From Cyanobacteria bacterium P01_D01_bin.156 (GTDB lineage Bacteria; Cyanobacteriota; Cyanobacteriia; Phormidesmidales; Phormidesmidaceae), in assembly GCA_039024555.1 (NCBI GenBank), contig JBCCQQ010000001.1, positions 96,001 to 160,000 on the forward strand: a DNA stretch of 64,000 bases, given 5' to 3'. Under the pieces are notes generated by a model. It searched no databases, was not told the DNA's origin, and saw nothing but the letters and a program-made list of their open reading frames with translations. This document shows, piece after piece, positions 41,890-52,226 of the stretch (positions are counted from its first letter, which is position 1; each line of letters starts with the position of its first letter). Both the position numbers and the translations under genes were made by a program.

Positions 41890-42429
41890 ATGGTTTCAAT
41901 GACCCAGCAGGCCGCTTTGCTGCGCGGTGATGTTTTAATCGATACTCGTAGCCATGCCGGCCAAGGCGCAGCTGTCACGGCACAAATGTATGTCCCATTG
42001 GTACGCTCTCACCTCTGGGAACAGCTGACTGACTACAGTCGTTGGGTTCATTATTTTCCCGACATCACCCAAAGCCGAGAATTAGAAGCTTCTGTTAAAC
42101 AGCACGTCAAACAGCAGTCAAAGCGCATCACCCGCAAACTTTATCAAGCCGCCCGTAAGGCCTTTATCTTATTCACGGCTCAAGTAGAAATCTACTTGCA
42201 TGTTGTAGAGCATTTACACCAAAGCATCCAATTTCGCCTAGAACGGGGTACCTTTGCCGATTTTTCCGCCGATCTTGTCCTTGAAGATTTTGGCGATGGC
42301 ACACTGCTAACCTATTCAGTAAGAGCCACACCGATGATTCCAGCACCCAAGTTTCTGCTAGAACAAGCCATGCGCATTGACTTACCGGGCAACCTAAAAA
42401 CAATGCGTCGCGTACTATGCAAATCCTAA
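41890..42429 (+). CDS. SRPBCC/START (polyketide cyclase-like) protein
   Basis: LWEQLTDYSRWVHYFPDI..FRLERGTFADF..TLLTYSV..DLPGNL. Confidence 0.85.
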   Translation: MVSMTQQAALLRGDVLIDTRSHAGQGAAVTAQMYVPLVRSHLWEQLTDYSRWVHYFPDITQSRELEASVKQHVKQQSKRITRKLYQAARKAFILFTAQVEIYLHVVEHLHQSIQFRLERGTFADFSADLVLEDFGDGTLLTYSVRATPMIPAPKFLLEQAMRIDLPGNLKTMRRVLCKS

Positions 42430-42437
42430 ATAAAACG

Positions 42438-42528
42438 GGCGTTGCTGATCCTCGGGATGATTTTTTCTGCAAGACTCTGGCACAGTTGACCGTCATCCAA
42501 TCGGTCTATCCCATAAATCAGCAACGGC
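42438..42528 (+). mobile_element. 91-bp MITE, family A, with 8-bp target duplication
   Basis: Ends GGCGTTGCTGAT / ATCAGCAACGGC, flanked on both sides by ATAAAACG (42430-42437, 42529-42536). Confidence 0.85.
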
Positions 42529-42553
42529 ATAAAACGCTAGCACTCTAAACTTA

Positions 42554-42739
42554 CTAGCTACGTTCAACAAATAATCGCCCCGCAGCTAGGGCAGCACTGC
42601 TGGTGGAATATACGCATCCGTCACTCAACACATTCAACTCACGATTAATGAGCCAACAGCGATAGCCATTACCCTGTTGGCTCACCTCAATAATCCACCC
42701 CACACGGGCAGATACCTGAACCACTGGAGTTGCATCCAT
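42554..42739 (-). CDS. Small hypothetical protein
   Basis: MDATPVVQVS..GYRCWLIN..YSTSSAALAAGRLFVERS; plausible globular composition. Confidence 0.5.
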   Translation of the reverse strand: MDATPVVQVSARVGWIIEVSQQGNGYRCWLINRELNVLSDGCVYSTSSAALAAGRLFVERS

Positions 42740-42779
42740 AGAGCCTGCCTCACAAGCATCTATAACTAGAGTAGCAAAG

Positions 42780-42839
42780 CAAATCATGAAACCCTACTCC
42801 CCCACGAAAGACTCTTGGGAAGTAGGGTTTCATGATTTG
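42780..42839. repeat. 19-bp perfect inverted repeat
   Basis: CAAATCATGAAACCCTACT ... AGTAGGGTTTCATGATTTG. Confidence 0.75.
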
Positions 42840-42937
42840 TCGCTGCAGGTTCTTACGATCAATTCATGTTTTGCATTTAGAATTTTTGAAGGTTCATCAG
42901 TTTTGATAGCCTCCTCACCTCCCACTACAAAAATCTA

Positions 42938-43603
42938 ATGTCTACCCAACTGTTACAACTCACAGAAAATCTGTATCAATATCTGTTGTCAGTTGGCGTA
43001 CGAGACAATGCACTCCTACAACAGTTACGAGAAGAAAATGCGCAACACCCTAGATCTGTGATGCAAATTTCGCCTGAACAGGGACAGTTTATGGGGCTAC
43101 TGATCCAGCTTATGGGAGTTAAAAAAGCATTAGAGATTGGAGTTTTCACCGGATATAGCTCTTTGATTGTTGCTATGGCCTTGCCTGATGATGGTCAGCT
43201 AATCGCTTGTGACATTAGTGATGACTACACAACAATGGCCCATAAATATTGGAAACAGGCTGGAGTCGACCACAAAATTGATTTACGTATTGCTCCAGCT
43301 TTAGAAACTCTGGATCATCTGATCACAGAAGGTCACAGCAACAGTTTTGATTTTGCATTTATCGATGCTGACAAGAGTAATTATGATAATTACTATGAGC
43401 GCTCTTTACAGCTCGTTCGACCCGGTGGCCTGATTGCCATAGATAATGTGTTGTGGTCAGGCAGAGTCGCGGCACCTCCAGCAGCACATGATAATCGAAC
43501 AAAACGTATTGACGCTTTAAATCAGAAGATCCATAACGATGAGCGAGTTTCCATAAGTTTATTGCCCATTGCTGATGGTCTGATGCTGGCCATGAAACGT
43601 TAA
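42938..43603 (+). CDS. Class I SAM-dependent O-methyltransferase (caffeoyl-CoA OMT-like)
   Basis: MQISPEQGQF, LEIGVFTGYS, FDFAFIDADK, IDNVLWSG. Confidence 0.93.
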   Translation: MSTQLLQLTENLYQYLLSVGVRDNALLQQLREENAQHPRSVMQISPEQGQFMGLLIQLMGVKKALEIGVFTGYSSLIVAMALPDDGQLIACDISDDYTTMAHKYWKQAGVDHKIDLRIAPALETLDHLITEGHSNSFDFAFIDADKSNYDNYYERSLQLVRPGGLIAIDNVLWSGRVAAPPAAHDNRTKRIDALNQKIHNDERVSISLLPIADGLMLAMKR

Positions 43604-43627
43604 AGACCACTAATTTCGGTTTAGCCC

Positions 43628-43668
43628 GATAACATTCCGGACAATCCCAGTCCAGAATGTTGTTTTTT
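43628..43668 (+). terminator. Intrinsic terminator
   Basis: AACATTCCGGAC-loop-GTCCAGAATGTT then T-run. Confidence 0.6.
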
Positions 43669-43880
43669 AAGCTGTCCGATCGACAAATAGGTGTAATATC
43701 TCAACTCAATAAAAAATCGTATAACTTTCCAAGATGCCAATCGTGATGGGGAAGATAGTCACCATACTGCTTATTCAGCAGACTAGACATCTTCGCAAAA
43801 TCGACAACCTACCATGGGGAATACTGGCAATAATAGGGCACTGAGAATGGGTTGGTAAATGCCCCCGAAAGGGAAGTGTA

Positions 43881-45206
43881 TCAAACAAGTTGGGTAACCT
43901 CTGACAGCGTTTGGCATACATTCTCCAATAATGGTCGAGCCGTAGGATCTGAGGCCATACACTGATGCTGTAGATCACGTAATTGTTGGACTACAGTTTC
44001 TTCCTCTTGGTTGTTATCACCGATATGACGATCGAGTAAGTCTTCTAGCAAACACCCGAATGCTCTTGACTCGAATCGTTGCAAAGCTTGAGAAGAGATT
44101 GCATCACCAATATTCAAAGAGGATGCTGCTCCAAAATCTCCTAAGATACTTTTACCTTTTGAGTTAACTAAAATGTTATGGGCATAGAGATCTCCATGCA
44201 TAATCCCGCGAGCATGGAGATGGGTAACGACAGAGGCAATGCCACGGGTGATTTTTAAGATAACGGGCAGTGTGAACCCAGCATTCTCAGGATAGGTATC
44301 ACGGGTACATGTGACTAGGCTAGGGGGGGTACCCAAATTCTCATAGTTGTTCGAAATAAATGAGAATACCAGTCCTGCTTTACCATTAATAGGTTCACTC
44401 AACTTACCTAGGACATTCACCAAATTTGGATGAATGCCCGCTGCAATGCACGCCTGCATTTCATCCGTGGGCAAACCGTCACTGGTGATATCCCCTTTAA
44501 AGAGTTTTACAGCCACATCCTGCACCAGCCCCGAAGGACCACCAGACTGCCATTGGCCTTTATAAATCACCCCTGAGGCTCCTTGGCCAAGTACCTCACC
44601 CAGCTGCAATTCCGCAGGTTCAATCATGGCTAGAAATCTATTTTGTTGGGTCGACTGACAGCAAGGGTTACCGGCATAGGCAAGCCAGGTTAAACGGGGT
44701 AACGTGAATATCCACTCTGGGAGTGTTTCTAGCTGATTGGCAGCTAAACGAAGTAGCTCTAAGCTTTGGCAGTTAGCCATCTCTGGAGGGAGCGATCGCA
44801 ACTGGTTACCAGCGAGCATACACTTTTGTAGCTTTGTTAGCTTGCCAATACTGCGGGGTAACTCAGTCAAATGGTTATTCGTTAAAATTAGCCAACGAAT
44901 ATTCGGAGAAAGCGCTGTTTCACTAATAGATTTGAGTTGATTGCCCTTAAAACTAATCATGGAAAGATTAGGGCACTGGGTCAGAACCTCAGGAAATTCC
45001 TCAAACTGATTATTGTTAAAGAATACGATTCTTAGCTTTTTTAACTGAGCAAACTCCGGCGGTAATGCACTCAGCTGATTGTTGGATAGATCCAGAATTT
45101 CTAGGGAATCCGCCAATTCGAAAATTTCTTTGGGAAAGTCAGTTAAATCATCAGATATTTTTAGGCGGGGTTCCCCCATGGACGTATCTAAACTAAGAGT
45201 TTGCAT
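43881..45206 (-). CDS. Leucine-rich-repeat protein kinase
   Basis: LEILDLSNNQLSALP-type LRRs; LGQGASG, VAVKLFK, HGDLYAHN, DFG. Confidence 0.9.
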   Translation of the reverse strand: MQTLSLDTSMGEPRLKISDDLTDFPKEIFELADSLEILDLSNNQLSALPPEFAQLKKLRIVFFNNNQFEEFPEVLTQCPNLSMISFKGNQLKSISETALSPNIRWLILTNNHLTELPRSIGKLTKLQKCMLAGNQLRSLPPEMANCQSLELLRLAANQLETLPEWIFTLPRLTWLAYAGNPCCQSTQQNRFLAMIEPAELQLGEVLGQGASGVIYKGQWQSGGPSGLVQDVAVKLFKGDITSDGLPTDEMQACIAAGIHPNLVNVLGKLSEPINGKAGLVFSFISNNYENLGTPPSLVTCTRDTYPENAGFTLPVILKITRGIASVVTHLHARGIMHGDLYAHNILVNSKGKSILGDFGAASSLNIGDAISSQALQRFESRAFGCLLEDLLDRHIGDNNQEEETVVQQLRDLQHQCMASDPTARPLLENVCQTLSEVTQLV

Positions 45207-45295
45207 AATAAAAATAAACGATAGAAGCTGTACATAAGATCCATATATTCACTCTACCCAGATCAAATCGGAATGCGTTAACACAATCACAACTA

Positions 45296-46243
45296 TAGCA
45301 AGCCGTAGTAAGATACAGGCATAATAGGGAGTGTTGTAGTTGCCTAGAATTCAATGCCCGCTCCTTACAGTCAAGACTTACGTGAAAAAGCCGTAGCTGC
45401 TGTCACATCAGGTCGCGCGATTAGTGCCGTTAGCCAAGCCTTTGGAATTAATCGCAATACCCTGTCAGAGTGGGTCACCCGGTATCGAGAAACCGGCGAA
45501 GTAAGTCCAAAGCAGGGCTATCAGCAGGGCCATAGTCATAAGATTACTGATTGGGAAGCATTTCGAGCGTTTGCTAAAGAACACGGCGACAAAACCCAAG
45601 CTGAAATGGCCCAGCTATGGCCGGATGAGATCAGTGAGGATACGATTGGTCGAGGGCTCAAACGCATCGGATTCACGCGAAAAAAAAGACCTATGCTTAT
45701 CGGGAACGAGATCGTCAGAAACGCCAAGCGTTCCTAGCCGAACTGGAGACGATCCAACCGGAACAGCGGGTGTATCTCGATGAAGCTGGTATCGATGATA
45801 CTGAGGACTATGGCTATGGCTGGTGTGAGCGAGGAGAGCGATTTCACGCTGAGCGACGTGGGTCGCGCAACGCCAGAGTAAGCTTTATCGCCGCTTGGTG
45901 TCAGCACACATTGGTGACGCCCATGACCTATGAAGGGTATTGTAATCGCGTGGTGTTTGAAACCTGGTTGGAGAAAGGGTTATTACCCACATTGACACCA
46001 GGCAAAGTGATTATTTGTGACAACGCCACATTTCATAAAGGCGGACGCATTCAAACCCTGATTGAACAAGTCGGATGCCGATTGTTATATCTACCTCCTT
46101 ACTCACCAGACTTGAATCCGATTGAGCATCAGTGGTTTGTGTTGAAGAATCGGATGCGCAAACAAATTCAATCTGGTGAATCCTTTCGAGACGTGGTCGA
46201 TAAAGCGTTTGCCTAGATGCCTTAACCTATGTGCGGCTTGCTA
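45296..46243 (+). mobile_element. IS630-family insertion sequence, 948 bp
   Basis: TIRs TAGCAAGCCG.../...CGGCTTGCTA, TA duplicated on both sides, reconstructed target acTAgt. Confidence 0.92.
45354..46216 (+). CDS. IS630 transposase, two ORFs joined by -1 frameshift
   Basis: HTH ORF MPAPYSQDLR; A8 run at 45680-45687; -1 frame KKTYAYRERD..YLDEAG..CDNATFH..LPPYSPDLNPIE (DDE intact). Confidence 0.9.
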
Positions 46244-46431
46244 TAGTATTCTGATACAGCCAGCAGCTCATCCGCCCCCCATGGATAAAGATGTGGGATA
46301 TTACACAATGCAGAAGAGATAAAGTCCATGCATAAGAAGCTGCTAAAAAACGACTTCACGATTTAAGCCGAAAAAGCTTGTTAAGCCATGCTTTAAAGGC
46401 ACAAGGCCATTGTTCTCATTTTTAATAAGCC

Positions 46432-47862
46432 CTAAGCAAGCTTGGCTTTTTGTTGCTTGTAGAGTTCTTTGAAAAGAGCCTGTTGCTTTTTATGATCCAC
46501 AACAGGAGGCACATAGTCCGTGCCTTCCAAATCAAGAGGAGAGAGTTTACCACTGACCAGAGCAGCTGTATCCACATGACGAATTTCCGGTAACCAATGA
46601 CGAATATACTCAGCATCCGCATCAAACTTTTTCGCCTGACTGGCAGGATTAAAAATGCGTAGAGGTTTTGGGTCCATCCCGCTAGATGCACTCCACTGCC
46701 AACCGCCGTTGTTAGCACTGAGGTCACCGTCCACTAACTTTTGCATAAAATATTTCTCCCCCCAGCGCCAGTCAATCATCAAATCTTTAGTGAGAAAACT
46801 CGCCACAATCATCCGACAACGGTTATGCATCCAACCCGTTTCATTTAGCTGTCGCATAGCTGCATCGACTATGGGGTAACCGGTGCGACCTTCACACCAA
46901 GCTTCAAAAAGAGATGGATCGTTACCCCAGGGAAAGTCTTTCCAGGCATCACGGTAGGGTCCCTCTGCGAGTTCTGGAAAGAAATACATGACATGCTGAT
47001 AAAACTCTCGCCAGGCTAGTTCCTGCATCCAGGTTTGTACATTGGTACGAGCCTCGTCACTGCGACAGTTGTCATAGGCGATGGCCGCTGTTTGCCACAC
47101 GTCACGAATGCCAATCGCTCCGAATTTCAGCGCTGCGCTAAGCAAGGAAGTACCGGTAATCGCCGGAAAATTACGCTGATCGTCATAACCTTCGATGGCC
47201 CGCTGCCCAAAATTGGCAAGCTGTGTTTGCGCCGCTAATTCGCCAGGAGCCAGAGGCAAGGGCGCATCCCACTCAAAGCCTAAATCCTTAGCAGAGGGCA
47301 GGGGTATAAAGGCAATAGCCTGCCGTTCTTCCTGACTCAATCCCGTGGCATTTTGCAATGTTGGTACAGGCACTCGTTTGTCCGACTTCTGCCAGTTTCG
47401 CCAAAAGGGACCGTAAACGGTGTAAGGCTTACCCGCACCAGTCATGACATCTCCTGGTGCATGCAGCAACTGGTCCCAGGTTTTTGTGCGGATTTCAATG
47501 CTCTTTTCCCCTAAGGCTGCGGCCACATCATTATCTCGCTGCCGAGAATAGGGTTCCACATCCCGGTTCCAGTACACTGCCGTTGCCTTTAGCGCAGTCG
47601 CAACTTGAGGTATTTGCTGAACCGGATTTCCCTGAAGAATAAGCAGCTCGCTACCGGCAGCCTGATAACGCTCCTGTAGCTGGGCTAGACAGCCAATCAT
47701 GTACGCGACCCGAGCTGGCGCCACATCATTTCTATCCAAGATGCCAGGATCTAAGCAAAAAATACCCACCACTCTGGCACTCCGTTCCCGAGCGGCCGCC
47801 AGACCTAGATTATCGCTAATGCGTAGATCACGACGGTGCCAAAACAGGAGCAGATCAGACAT
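46432..47862 (-). CDS. phrA: Deoxyribodipyrimidine (CPD) photolyase
   Basis: WHRRDLRISDN, ELAWREFY, GRTGYPIVDAAMRQL, GWMHNRCRMIVASFL, NNGGWQWSAS. Confidence 0.93.
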   Translation of the reverse strand: MSDLLLFWHRRDLRISDNLGLAAARERSARVVGIFCLDPGILDRNDVAPARVAYMIGCLAQLQERYQAAGSELLILQGNPVQQIPQVATALKATAVYWNRDVEPYSRQRDNDVAAALGEKSIEIRTKTWDQLLHAPGDVMTGAGKPYTVYGPFWRNWQKSDKRVPVPTLQNATGLSQEERQAIAFIPLPSAKDLGFEWDAPLPLAPGELAAQTQLANFGQRAIEGYDDQRNFPAITGTSLLSAALKFGAIGIRDVWQTAAIAYDNCRSDEARTNVQTWMQELAWREFYQHVMYFFPELAEGPYRDAWKDFPWGNDPSLFEAWCEGRTGYPIVDAAMRQLNETGWMHNRCRMIVASFLTKDLMIDWRWGEKYFMQKLVDGDLSANNGGWQWSASSGMDPKPLRIFNPASQAKKFDADAEYIRHWLPEIRHVDTAALVSGKLSPLDLEGTDYVPPVVDHKKQQALFKELYKQQKAKLA

Positions 47863-47998
47863 ATCTAAAGGATTGGTGGAGCCTGATTAGTATAAAGGTT
47901 TTTTGTAGGATGCATGGAGATCAACGGGTCTAGTCATACAGTGGTCACTAATAGCTTGGCTCAGTATTCTATAACCAGGTCAAATTAGGGAGTTCCCG

Positions 47999-50071
47999 AT
48001 GTCTACAGCACCGATTGCGAAAAAGCAGCCTAAAAAATTGGAAACCCATGAAGACATCAGGATTGATGACTATTACTGGCTACGCGATCGCACCTCATCG
48101 GAAACCCTAGACTATCTGAATGCGGAAAACGACTACACCGAAGCCCAGACTGCCCATACCAAAGCATTTCAAAAAGCGCTCTACGATGAAATGCTAGGTC
48201 GCATCCAGGAAACAGACCTATCTGTCCCTACAAAAGATGGTGACTACTATTACTACGGTCGCACCGAAGCAGGTAAGGCTTATCGCATTCTATGTCGCAA
48301 ACAGGGCAGCTTAGATAACGCAGAAGAGATTTTACTGGACGAGAATGCCCTAGCCGAGGGTCATGAGTTTTTCTCATTAGGGGATTATGAAATCAGCCTC
48401 GATCACCAGCTGCTAGCCTACGCTACCGATACCGATGGTTCAGAACTCTACACGTTGGTCTTTAAAGACTTAGCTAGCGGCAAGCTGTATCCAGAAGCGA
48501 TTGAAAATACTAGCGAAGTGGTCTGGGCCAACGATAATCGAACTGTTTTCTATACATGCCTGGATGACGCACACCGTCCCTATCAGGTGTGGAAACATCA
48601 ATTAGGCGACAACCCAGAGAAAGACCAGCTAATTTATGAAGAGACCGATGAAGCCTTCTATATCTCGCTGGGTGGTACCCGTAGCAATGCATATGTGGTT
48701 ATCTCTATCAATAGCAAAGTTACCTCTGAAATTCACATTTTAGACGCGAACCAACCGGATGGAGAGTTTCAGGTTATATGCCCACGACAATATGGCGTAG
48801 AGTATTCCATTGCCCACCATCCTGGTGACAGCAGCGAGAACCGTTTCTATATTGTTACCAATGAAGATGCCATCAACTTTAAACTGATGGTCACCCCAGT
48901 GAATAATCTGGACAAAAAACACTGGGACACAGTCATTCCCCACCGTGCCGATGTACAGCTTAGAAATATTGATGTTTTTAAGCACCATCTGGTGATTTAT
49001 GAACGCCAGGGGGGACTGCCTACCATTCGTATTCAACACCTCTCTACCGGTAAAGAGACTGTCCTAGAGTTTCCTGAGCCCACCTATTCGGTCTGGTCGG
49101 GCAGTATGCCAGAGTTTGACAATGCCACTCTGCGGTTTACCTACACGTCTCTGATTACGCCATCCTCAGTGTTTGATTACGATATGAACACACACCAGCG
49201 AGAGCTCAAAAAAGAGACTCCTGTGCTTGGTGGTTACGATCCTAGTCAATATCAAAGCGAGTGGCTGATGGCCACAGCTGCTGACGGCACCCAGATTCCC
49301 ATTTCTTTGGTGTACAAAAAAGATATTCAGCCTGATGGAGAGAATCCTCTGCTGCTCTATGGCTATGGCTCCTATGGAGCGAGCATGTCGGCTTATTTTT
49401 CCTCTACCCGGCTATCACTGCTAGACCGGGGAATGGTGTTTGCCATTGCCCATATTCGTGGCGGCGGCGAAATGGGTCGCCCTTGGTATGAAGCAGGCAA
49501 ATTTCTCCACAAAAAGAACACGTTTACAGACTTTATTACCTGTGCAAACTATTTAATTGCTCATAAATGGACTCGGGCAGACCGGCTGGCCATTATGGGG
49601 GGCAGTGCGGGTGGCCTATTGATGGGGGCAGTATTGAATATGCGGCCTGAGTTGTTTCAGGTTGCGATCGCAGCTGTCCCCTTTGTAGATGTCGTGACTA
49701 CCATTTTAGACCCTAGCCTTCCCCTATCTGTTATGGAATGGGACGAATGGGGGAACCCCAACGAGAAAGAATATTACGACTATATGAAGTCCTACTCACC
49801 CTACGACAACGTCATCGCTCAGGACTATCCCAATCTGCTCATCACCGGCGGCCTCAACGATCCGCGCGTGTCTTATTGGGAACCCGCCAAATGGACGGCC
49901 AAATTACGGGACCTTAAAACCGATAGTAATCAGCTATTGCTAAAAACTAATATGGATGCAGGGCACGGCGGAGCATCCGGGCGTTACGGCTGGCTGGAAG
50001 AAACCGCCTTTGAATACGCCTTTATGCTCGATAGCTTGGACTTAGCAACGACAGATAACCAAGCACCATAA
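47999..50071 (+). CDS. ptrB: Oligopeptidase B (S9A)
   Basis: DDYYWLRD, GGSAGG nucleophile, EWDEWGNP, NDPRVSYWEPAKW, AGHGGASGR. Confidence 0.95.
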   Translation: MSTAPIAKKQPKKLETHEDIRIDDYYWLRDRTSSETLDYLNAENDYTEAQTAHTKAFQKALYDEMLGRIQETDLSVPTKDGDYYYYGRTEAGKAYRILCRKQGSLDNAEEILLDENALAEGHEFFSLGDYEISLDHQLLAYATDTDGSELYTLVFKDLASGKLYPEAIENTSEVVWANDNRTVFYTCLDDAHRPYQVWKHQLGDNPEKDQLIYEETDEAFYISLGGTRSNAYVVISINSKVTSEIHILDANQPDGEFQVICPRQYGVEYSIAHHPGDSSENRFYIVTNEDAINFKLMVTPVNNLDKKHWDTVIPHRADVQLRNIDVFKHHLVIYERQGGLPTIRIQHLSTGKETVLEFPEPTYSVWSGSMPEFDNATLRFTYTSLITPSSVFDYDMNTHQRELKKETPVLGGYDPSQYQSEWLMATAADGTQIPISLVYKKDIQPDGENPLLLYGYGSYGASMSAYFSSTRLSLLDRGMVFAIAHIRGGGEMGRPWYEAGKFLHKKNTFTDFITCANYLIAHKWTRADRLAIMGGSAGGLLMGAVLNMRPELFQVAIAAVPFVDVVTTILDPSLPLSVMEWDEWGNPNEKEYYDYMKSYSPYDNVIAQDYPNLLITGGLNDPRVSYWEPAKWTAKLRDLKTDSNQLLLKTNMDAGHGGASGRYGWLEETAFEYAFMLDSLDLATTDNQAP

Positions 50072-50244
50072 TCACTGCAGCACAATCCATAGCTTGGTGC
50101 GCATAGTTGTTGTTATGTCACCAGACTCACCTGCACCAGTGCTACGGGTAGAATAGGCCCACATCGGCACACATTCATTACGTAAAGTAACAGAGACTTA
50201 AGTTTCAATAAATTCAGAACGATGCACTTGAAACAAATATAAAC

Positions 50245-50260
50245 TGTATTCAAATATACA
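50245..50260. promoter_or_regulatory. Putative NtcA-binding site
   Basis: TGTA-TTCAAATA-TACA matches TGTA-N8-TACA, ~90 bp upstream of the DUF4278 gene. Confidence 0.55.
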
Positions 50261-50347
50261 TTTCTGATGTTTTTGGTAGAAGGTTTAGTGAAATATCTTG
50301 ATTACTAAGCATACTGTCATAGCATCTACACATTTGGAGGAACCGAA

Positions 50348-50533
50348 ATGAAACTCTCATTTCACGGTGCTAGCTACGAAGCACACTTCGAAAATATTCA
50401 AGTGACAGATACCGAAAGAATTGGGACCTATCGCGGTGCCCCCTTGAAGCGCAAAGCATTTAAGGTGCCTGCACATGCTCACCAGCGCGTAGAGTTAACC
50501 TATCGTGGTGTGAAGTACGACCAGGACATGTAG
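50348..50533 (+). CDS. DUF4278-family small protein
   Basis: MKLSFHGASYE..GTYRGA..LTYRGVKY repeats; GGAGG RBS. Confidence 0.85.
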   Translation: MKLSFHGASYEAHFENIQVTDTERIGTYRGAPLKRKAFKVPAHAHQRVELTYRGVKYDQDM

Positions 50534-50619
50534 CTATTTATTGAGCATTGATTGAGTTTTCCTAGTGATTTGGTGCGCTAACGTTCTTTCTTCTGACCAG
50601 AGCAAACGTATCCTAAGCC

Positions 50620-50653
50620 GTCTCTTTTTCCTTGCGGGAAAAGAGACTTTTTT
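50620..50653 (+). terminator. Intrinsic terminator
   Basis: GTCTCTTTTTCC-TTGC-GGGAAAAGAGAC followed by T6. Confidence 0.75.
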
Positions 50654-50750
50654 ACGGGCTAGAGGGCGTCATCCACAATCCACTGAATCAATTCTCGTAC
50701 ACCAGCTCCACGGGATTGGGTAGTCACTTTATCAGCAATGGCTTTTAGCT

Positions 50751-50841
50751 GCCGTTGCTGATTTAGGGTATGAAACGAGCTGTAGAAAATGCGATGGGAC
50801 AGCGTCTGTTTAAAGAAATCATACCGAGGATCAGCAACGCT
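50751..50841 (-). mobile_element. MITE family A copy (reverse orientation)
   Basis: Reverse complement AGCGTTGCTGATCCTCGGTATGATTT...CCCTAAATCAGCAACGGC. Confidence 0.75.
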
Positions 50842-50948
50842 AGATTTCCCAGCTTGAGTTGAAACCCCATGCTGATGCCTAAGCTACCAAACTCGGTAAC
50901 AGTGCTCTTTACAATGAGTAAGGAAATGCAGAAAACGTCACAGGAGCA

Positions 50949-52226
50949 ATGGGCATTCGGAATTTACAACGGCAATACAGCATTGCCTTGATAATCAGTG
51001 TATTGATGCCCGGCTGCAATCTACTGCCTGCTAGTGAAGCCCAAGTAGAGCGCCCTGGTAAACCTGGTAATGACCAACCTATAGCTGTAGAAGCAGCCCA
51101 GGCACAGTTAGGTTCTCTCAGGGAATCATTGACATACACAGGTACCACCCAACCCGAGCAAACAGTCGTGCTGAGGGCACAAACCTCAGGTGCCATTGTC
51201 TCTACGCAGGTAGACACAGGAGATGTTGTACAACTCGGGCAAGTATTAGGCCAGATAGATAGTGGCTTACTGACCGCCCGTGTTAACGAAGCCCAGGCAG
51301 AGCTTTCTGTCCGCCAGTCCGAGGTAGCCGTAGACCAAGTATCGATTACGGATGCCCAGGCGGCGGCTGTTCAAGCTCAGGCTACCCGAGACCAGACAAA
51401 ACTGGATGCTGAGCGTCTACGCCAGCTGGCAGAGCAAGGAGCAATTTCCCAGCAAGCGGCTGAAGCAGCTGAACTGGCATTCATTAGTGCAGAGCAAGCG
51501 GTCCAGTCAGCCCAGGCGCAAATTGAGGCTCGTACACAAGCGATCGCAGCGGCTAAAAACCGGACTACTGCTCAACAAGCGGTCTTAGCAGAAGCTCAGG
51601 AACAACTCAGATGGATCACCATAACGGCTCCTGTATCGGCCACGGTATTGAATAAACTGGTTGAACCTGGCGACTACGTACAACCCGGCACGGCGATTTT
51701 TGAGCTGGGCAACCTGAGTAGACTAACTATAGAAGTGCAGGTCTCTGAACTTGATATCAGCCAACTCTCCCTCGGACAATCCGCCACCATCCAGTTGGAT
51801 GCTTTTCCCAACATTGAAGCCAATGGCAGTATCTCCCGGATTTCTCCCGTAGCCGATACGGTCTCCCGACTTATTCCCATAGAAGTGACTTTAACCAATC
51901 CAGATCCACGCATTGGCAGCGGTCTGTTAGCTCGTGTGCAATTCACTCCCAATAACGCTCAAAGCATCATCATTCCCACCAGTGCCTTAGATACTAGCAC
52001 CCAGGAGAACACAATTTTTATCCTGAATCAGGACAATGAGCAACCCACAGTCACCACTCGCTCGGTTACTCTCGGTCAACAGTATAAGGACAACATAGAG
52101 ATTCTCTCTGGGTTAACCCCTAACGAGACATTTATTGTCACCAGCGATCGTCCTCTAACAGCAGAGCAGACGGTAAGGCTAAGCATCTTATCGGAGATCA
52201 ACACATCTAAGGGGCAACCAGAATGA
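50949..52226 (+). CDS. RND efflux periplasmic adaptor (MFP), lipoprotein
   Basis: Lipobox-like MPGC; coiled hairpin; ITAPVS..VEPGDYVQPG; VSELDI; GLLARV. Confidence 0.92.
   Translation: MGIRNLQRQYSIALIISVLMPGCNLLPASEAQVERPGKPGNDQPIAVEAAQAQLGSLRESLTYTGTTQPEQTVVLRAQTSGAIVSTQVDTGDVVQLGQVLGQIDSGLLTARVNEAQAELSVRQSEVAVDQVSITDAQAAAVQAQATRDQTKLDAERLRQLAEQGAISQQAAEAAELAFISAEQAVQSAQAQIEARTQAIAAAKNRTTAQQAVLAEAQEQLRWITITAPVSATVLNKLVEPGDYVQPGTAIFELGNLSRLTIEVQVSELDISQLSLGQSATIQLDAFPNIEANGSISRISPVADTVSRLIPIEVTLTNPDPRIGSGLLARVQFTPNNAQSIIIPTSALDTSTQENTIFILNQDNEQPTVTTRSVTLGQQYKDNIEILSGLTPNETFIVTSDRPLTAEQTVRLSILSEINTSKGQPE

Noticed and set aside
45354..46216. Transposase as a pseudogene
   Set aside because: The break falls on an A8 run at the position typical of programmed frameshifting in IS630 elements; catalytic residues and TIRs are intact.
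50160..50347. Glutamine (glnA) riboswitch before the DUF4278 gene
   Set aside because: The conserved CGTT...GGAAGT...GAAG.AACG pattern is not present.
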